NCBI GenBank assembly: GCA_030141605.1
Contig: JAQGDQ010000038.1
Coordinates: forward strand, 927,264 to 991,263
Source of the DNA: Tubiluchus corallicola
Taxonomy: Eukaryota > Animalia > Priapulida
Length of the DNA: 64,000 bases
Direction: 5' to 3'
The stretch's first letter is position 1, and each line of letters opens with the position of its first letter. This document shows, piece after piece, positions 57,230 through 64,000 of this stretch. The position numbers and the translations under genes are program-made. The notes beneath the pieces were generated by a model that searched no databases, was not told the origin of the DNA, and saw only the letters and a program-made list of their open reading frames with translations.

Positions 57230-57560
57230 CTGGTTATATTTTCCCTCTGCAACGTTTCTAATAGGTGTTTTCTTTGGTTAGCCTTTACTTTATTGCATCT
57301 GTATAATACGTTTTCAGGTGTTTCAATTTCGGTGCCACAGTCACATGTGCTCTTATCCGTTAGTCCTAAATTATACAAAAATTGCTTGAACTTTCCCTGT
57401 CCAGTTAAGAAACTTAAGGATACTGACTCGATGCTCTGTTCTATTTTGTCCAGTGATAAATTAACAGACTGAATGTTGAAATTTTTTCGAGTCTAAAAAC
57501 ATTTCCTTCTATTTGCACCCCAGTTTCGATTCTCCTTGCCATATAGATGATAGGTATGAA
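57230..57560 (-). mobile_element. 3' fragment of an R1/I-group non-LTR retrotransposon (C-terminal zinc knuckle)
   Basis: Minus strand translates FLTGQGKFKQFLYNLGLTDKSTCDCGTEIETPENVLYRC, matching LTGHG.F..YL...G...C.CG...ET.EH.L..C. Confidence 0.75.
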
Positions 57561-58329
57561 CTTATAAGGTTTTTTGTGAGATCAGAGCACATGATTAAAA
57601 TTTTTTGACGTTTTATTATTATATGTTATTATTATTATTATTTATTTGACGTACTGTACAACAGTTATAGTACAATCAAAGCAGAAAGGTGAATTCTTCA
57701 AAGAAGTGATTCATACAAATTTGCAATAATTGGCACCAAGCCTCCTAAGTCATAATAAGCAACGTTTGGCATTTCAAAATCTTTCCAAATTTAAACCAAC
57801 GTCGGCAGTCACTTCATGAAAGTTCCCTCAAACTTGCCAGTTAATACCGGTTTAATGAGATGTAATCTGCCGCTGCACAAATTGAGCAGTTATGTTGGCA
57901 GGATCGTTAAACGCAATACGGGAGATATTCACGATATCAGAGAGCGCAGGTGATGCTAGCGGGCTTATCACTCAAAGCAAATTGATAATTGTACAGAAAA
58001 TAAGTAAAGTTAATACTGATTGAGCCATTATTATTAGGAATTTAGAAAGCGCCTCAGAGAGTAACTTGAGAGCTTCGGTTTACCTGGATACACATTAATT
58101 TTAGTTCAAGAAGTCATACTTTATAACAACGTGAGACATTTCCGGAAAATACATGCTAGTTTTAAAAAGAACTAGTCCGGAAAGCGAAGCACTGGCTTAT
58201 CATTTACTTGCTTACTAGTTTACAGAGTTTTTCTGCCTAACTGCCTAGATATGTTATATAGAACGCCATTTATTGTTGCCATGAACCGTTTTTTTTTCGT
58301 AAAACTTTAGAATACGGAATAACTCCATT

Positions 58330-58330
<1 letters not shown>

Positions 58331-58402
<72 letters not shown>

Positions 58403-58422
58403 TAATAATAACAATAATAACT
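58331..58422. repeat. (AAT)n microsatellite
   Basis: Direct reading. Confidence 0.95.
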
Positions 58423-59004
58423 AATACAAAACGTGACATCACAATATAAAACTGGCTAAACACGTATTACATGAACGAGACTGGCATTGCAGCAAAACAA
58501 ACCACTTTATAAAGTTTCCTTTATAAAGTGAGTAACTCAACAAAACAGCAGATTTTAAAACCATCAAAGCATGTTGACTAAAAGAACAGAAATGCATTCT
58601 CTTATTCTGACTCGCATTACAACATAGCAACACAACATGAAGAGTTTTATATCTTCAAGTCGGATCGCTCTTGATGGTTTTAAAATCTGAGCTTTTGATG
58701 TTTAATGGCTGTCTTCAGTGTAAACTGAAATGAGGCAAACGAAAAGCGTTCCTAGACATACTAGTTTTTTGTGTGACTGAAAAACGGCAAAATTTAGTAA
58801 AATAAACTAATTTAGATGAAAATCTATACGATGAACCAAGATGAACTAAAACTGCTTAAAATTTAAATGCTGTTCTTAGGTAATCAAAACTAAGAAAGGA
58901 CTACCCGGTAATTGAAACGTGACAACGTCTTGATTGTGATAAAAATCAATAAAGAAATTGCAATAAATGATATAACATTGGTTCTATTAACTTTTAAGTT
59001 AAAT

Positions 59005-59072
59005 TACAAAACTGGATTTCAACCTGGGGCCTCTTGTTTACATCGCAGGCTGCTTAGACCACTCGGACCACT
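59005..59072 (-). mobile_element. tRNA-derived SINE head
   Basis: Minus strand TGGTCCGAGTGGTCTAAG (A box) and GGTTGAAATCC (B box) at tRNA spacing. Confidence 0.55.
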
Positions 59073-59984
59073 TTGACCACTTCGTGTGAGTACGCGACTA
59101 TGGGTGCTTCTCTGCTTGCAGCTGGAGTTCGAACCTCACGACCACATGTATTGGCGCAAACAGTTGTTATCTGTGTTTTTATTTGTGACGTCTCAGTGTT
59201 GTTGTGCTCGTTAAGAGTCGCTTATAGTAGCCCATGGCTAATGTTGTCTGTTGCCCAGCGACTATAAATAAGTGTCTTTGTCCTTTTGGACACTGTATTC
59301 TCCAGTGGTCAAAGCTGTCCAAATTTTATCACTTACAACTGGGCAACCAAATTCAGCATTTTCAATATTAGATCACTCACACTACACTGATTCTAACCAA
59401 TTCGATTATTTTTTTAATTTTGAACCTGAAATTTCAGTGGTTGATTAATTATTATAACTTTACAATCTATAACCGATTACATTAATAATCTTCATATTAA
59501 GATCATAATAATTAATTTAAGTTCGCTTGTTTATTTCTAAAACTCTCTTGTTTTATACACATACTATGTAAGTAAAGGAAAAGGTAATTTGTAAAGCCGG
59601 TGCAAGGGATAACACTGCACGGACAGTGGTGCAATTTGGAAAACTGCAAACAGCTGCATCCCACATGCCAATTAACTTGTGCAGATTTTCCACACTGACA
59701 GCCTAGTTTCTAGCGCCATTATTGAGACGAATAGTCCCGGTCTTGTCAACAACTTCAAATGACGTGCAATTAAGCAGACCCTTGCAGGTAGACCACTTTT
59801 CACAACCATTTTCTGCAGTAACGGGAGATTTGTTGAAAGAAACAGCCGTGCAAGATGTCTGAGCAAGCGTTGGGCTTCCTATTCGAATAACCGACAAATT
59901 ACATGTCTTCACAATGATTTCCTGAAGAAAGCTACTTTAATTTTGGAAAGAAAAGAAGCTTGGGGACAAAATATGACACGTCAG

Positions 59985-60225
59985 TACCGAGTTTCGTCTT
60001 CATTACCTCAGCAATTTTGGAGCAAATAGTTTTGAAGCCAGAAAAGTACCAATTTCAGAAGTTTTTTGGTCGTTGAGAGGGCAAACGTGGTCACTATGGC
60101 AACCAAATTATACTGCACAACTAGAGCTCAGACCCACTAGCTGTGCAAATTTGGTTGAAATTAGATCAGCTGTCTGTGAGAGAAATAGTGTGAAAAGACA
60201 GACCAATAGACTTTGTCTTCTGACT
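59985..60225 (+). mobile_element. Possible Helentron-associated repeat fragment
   Basis: TGTGCAAATTTGGTTGAAAT...AGACAGAC and CTATGGCAAC motifs resembling invertebrate HINE-like repeats; resemblance only. Confidence 0.3.
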
Positions 60226-60842
60226 TCGAGGGGGCGGGGGGCAATAATGGCGAATGTCATATGCGACAAAAAGAATACGGTGACGTTTATAGACTGAATC
60301 ATGATGCCCCGCCATAACGAGACGTCTGTAATGATAAGGATATTTATTTTCTCAAAGAACTTTACAGGTACTTATATAGCAGCTGTTTGCGGGTACGAGG
60401 TCTTTATGAAATCCGACACCAAGACAATATCAAAAATAGCACAGTATAACAACCTGAAGAACTGTCAGCTAGAAAACATGACAGACCAAAATACACACGA
60501 TAATGATGCAATAAACTCAATCTTTTATGTTATTTTAGCAAAACCCAAAAGTAGAAAAGAAATGTGAAAAAGTCATGATTTCCAAACCAAACAACATAGT
60601 GAATTACAATAACAAAATCCCGAGTTCAAGTCCAGTCTCTTTTACATTTTCTCCCTTTCAGCGAGCATTCCTTAGTAAAAAAATTAATGTGTTTCACTCA
60701 ATCGCCATTCGCTAGATTTGAAATTTAGATACAGAAAATTAAATCTATTCCTTAATAAATTTCAAAAAAAATACATTACATTTAAGAAGCAGCTTTAGAA
60801 GTAACAGTTTAGAAAAAACCTCAAAATAAAAAACAAAAACAC

Positions 60843-61046
60843 GAGGCATCGTGGATACAACTGTATGTGAACTACCAAGGTTAAAAGTAAAAACTATACA
60901 CAAGATAATATAGTACTCTGAAGTTTTTGTATTTAACATGAAGCACTATGGATACAACTGTATGTGAATTACCAAGGTTAAAAGTAAAAACTATACACAA
61001 GATAAAATAATACTCTGAAGTTTTTGTATTGTAACATGAGGCACTA
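60843..61046. repeat. 97-bp tandem duplication (about 2.1 copies)
   Basis: GGATACAACTGTATGTGAA at 60853 and 60950; near-identical copies. Confidence 0.93.
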
Positions 61047-61289
61047 ACAAAAATAAAAAGCACCACAGCACCCTGGTTTTGAAATATCCGCATTAAGTGA
61101 CATGTCAATTCTATTAGCAGCAAGTCCCTCAGTAATATTAATAAAAACATAATCAACCTTTATTAAAAGTCGATTTCTTCATGAACAAGTAACATAAGGA
61201 GAAAGAGTTTTTCATCGGCTGTAAATAACAACATAAACGACAACTACATGAACTACATAATTACCCTACTTTTACCCTAAATACCACAC

Positions 61290-61400
61290 ACCAGGCAAGG
61301 CAACAGCGTACCACTTTTAAAGCCTTTGCAGTATGACCAGGCCACAGTATCGAATTCACATCCCCAGATTGAGAGAAGGTGCGTTACCACTAGGACTATA
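61290..61400 (-). mobile_element. Degenerate tRNA-derived SINE
   Basis: Minus strand TAGTCCTAGTGGTAACGC (A box) and AATTCGATAC (B-box-like), followed by GGTCATAC...GCTTTAAAAGTGGTAC. Confidence 0.5.
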
Positions 61401-62639
61401 CCATCTGCTCTTTAGAACAAGAGAAATATGAGCAGTATGGCAAAAAAATCACCCAAAAGTAACCCTGACAGTCTCCCATTAGTTAGAATGCATCGTAAAC
61501 ACTTTGCTCTTCTCCTTACCGGAGGTGACTTTTATGTGTGTCACAGTTTCGAGAAATCTCAAAAATAGTAATTGTTAATTTTTGGTGTCTCTACACACAG
61601 TGACTGTTGAAGAATTTCTGACATCACATCAAATGGCAGAGTTTTGATTTTTCATTGGGTATTATTTTTATTAACCAAATTCTCTGCTATGTAAATTCTG
61701 TCTGTCCTGCATATAATAACTAAGCTATATGCTCTAGAATTCAGGATAAACCCCATAATACATTGGCTAAAAGCAAAAACGGAACCATTAAATGTGACAC
61801 TTACAATGGTACTTACACTTTACTCTAATATTGGTTAGAAAGCATGTCAGAAAGTAACTTCCCACAGCTGATTTGTTCGGAAGTCCTTGTGTAACAAGTC
61901 ACCTATGGTATTGTGCAAAACTTTGCAAAATATATGTAAATTATATATAAACATAATCTTGAACGTGATTGATCATTGTTTACTCTGGACATTCCTAGAT
62001 GTAGAACAGCTGTTTATCCATCCGTTTTTTTCTCCCGGATTCTTATCTGTGGAATTCTCTATTAGAAAATTGTTTTCCCGAAAACCACAATCTCACTTAA
62101 TTATCTCTAGCAATCTAATTATCTAAATTCTACATCTCTACAGACATGTACCATATCTTTGCCTTCTTACTGTTACAACGAGTACCTCATTTTCTTTAGG
62201 GCTTTATGTCTAAAAAATGTTCATAAAAATCACGAAATGGCCACAAACTCATTACAGTAGCAGCTCAAATTAATAATATTAAGTGTATTTAATACAGCAG
62301 TCAGTTATTGGCTGTCCAAACCAATTAGCAATCCAAAAATGGCTATCCAAACCAATTAACGATCCAAAAACACTGTCTTCCTAATTACGCTGCAGAGCGA
62401 TTATAATTATCCTAAGTACAAATTACCTGAAGCATTTGTCAGGTGGCAATTAATTATAATAGATTGAAGCCTCATCTATTGATTAATATTAATTATTTCT
62501 ATCTGCTAATAGTGTTATTACACATGCCGGAGGACAAATATAATCTAGACTAAAAATAAATGCAGACCGACATCAAATGTGATCAGGTGAGTCAGAGCTT
62601 GACGTTGATCAATAGATCTACTAATTGAGAACACCTTTT

Positions 62640-64000
62640 CTTCAAGCATCAATTTTCAAGATCACATTTCTTCAAGTTTCGGGTTTTCAAAATCAAATAT
62701 CTTCAGACGTAAACTATTCAAGATCACATTTCTGCAAACACCAACTGATCAAAATCACATTTCTTCAAACACCAATTGTTCAAGATCACATTTCTTCAAA
62801 CACCAACTGTTCAAGATCACATTTCTTTAAAAGCCAACTGTTCAAGATCACATTTCTTTAAAAGCCAACTGTTCAAGATCATATTTCTTCAAACACCATC
62901 TGTTCAAAATCACATTTCTGCAAACACCAACTGTTCAAAATCACATTTCTTCAAACACCAATTGTTCAAGATCACATTTCTTCAAAGACCATCTGTTCAA
63001 GATCACATTTCTTCAAACACCAACTGTTCAAGATCACATTTCTGCAAACATCAACTGTTCAAGATCACATTTTTTCAAACACCAACTGTTCACGATCACA
63101 TTTCTTCAAACACCAACTGTTCAAGATCACATTTCTTCATACACCCACTGTTCAAAATCACATTTCTTCAAAACCAACTGTTCAAGATCACATTTCTTCA
63201 AACACCAACTGTTCAAGATCACATTTCTTTAAAAGGCAACTGTTCAAGATCACATTTCTTCAAACACCAACTGTTCAAGATCATGTTTCTTCAAACACCA
63301 ACTGTTCAAGATCACATTTCTTCAAACACCAACTGTTCAAGATTACATTTCTTCAAACACCAACAGTTCAAGATCACATTTCTGCAAACATCAACTGTTC
63401 AAGATCACATTTCTGCAAACATCAACTGTTCAAGATCACATTATTTTAAACACCAACTGTTCAAGATTACATTTCTTCAAACACCAACTGTTCAAGATCA
63501 CATTTCTGCAAACATCAACTGTTCAAGATCACATTTCTGCAAACATCAACTGTTCAAGATCACATTTTTTCAAACACCAACTGTTCACGATCACATTTCT
63601 TCAAACACCAACTGTTCAAGATCACATTTCTTCATACACCCACTGTTCAAAATCACATTTCTTCAAAACCAACTGTTCAAGATCACATTTCTTCAAACAC
63701 CAACTGTTCAAGATCACATTTCTTTAAAAGGCAACTGTTCAAGATCACATTTCTTCAAACACCAACTGTTCAAGATCACATTTCTTCAAACACCAACTGT
63801 TCAAGATCACATTTCTTCAAACACCAACTGTTCAAGGTCACATTTCTTCAAACACCAACAGTTCAAGATCACATTTCTTCAAACACCAACTGTTCAAGAT
63901 CACATTTCTTCAAACATCAACTGTTCAAGATCACATTTTTTTAAACACCAACTGTTCAAGATTACATTTCTTCAAACACCAACTGTTCAAGATCACATTT
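62640..64000. repeat. 31-bp satellite array, at least 43 copies, running off the window end
   Basis: Unit CTTCAAACACCAACTGTTCAAGATCACATTT; period checked at 63001 and 63032; more diverged at the left edge. Confidence 0.98.

Noticed and set aside
62640-64000. 31-bp repeat as CRISPR or coding repeat
   Set aside because: No spacers; unit length is not a multiple of 3 and the frames contain stops.

Overview
AT-rich, intron-containing eukaryotic DNA, most likely from a bilaterian invertebrate; most short ORFs in the supplied track are noise or microsatellite translations. On the + strand there are: the last five coding exons of a group I metabotropic glutamate receptor (GRM1/5-like, 1771-12234) with a long C-tail ending in SSDV; a 1.75-kb compound TAG/CAG microsatellite; a decayed CR1-type LINE (about 16760-19440) whose APE-RT region is directly preceded by a KH RNA-binding domain; a nucleotide-diphospho-sugar transferase (GT77-like) exon; and a complete three-exon, divergent GnRH/AKH/corazonin-receptor-family GPCR (27427-41704). 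The rest holds a PIF/Harbinger-type MITE, L2 and R1/I-type LINE remnants, tRNA-derived SINE heads, 34-, 53- and 31-bp tandem arrays (the last with a 495-bp higher-order period) and weaker evidence for a spliced minus-strand transcript. The most unusual candidates are the KH-APE-RT retrotransposon architecture and tandem splice acceptors that could switch the mGluR between long and short tails. All calls are from manual reading; no searches were run.
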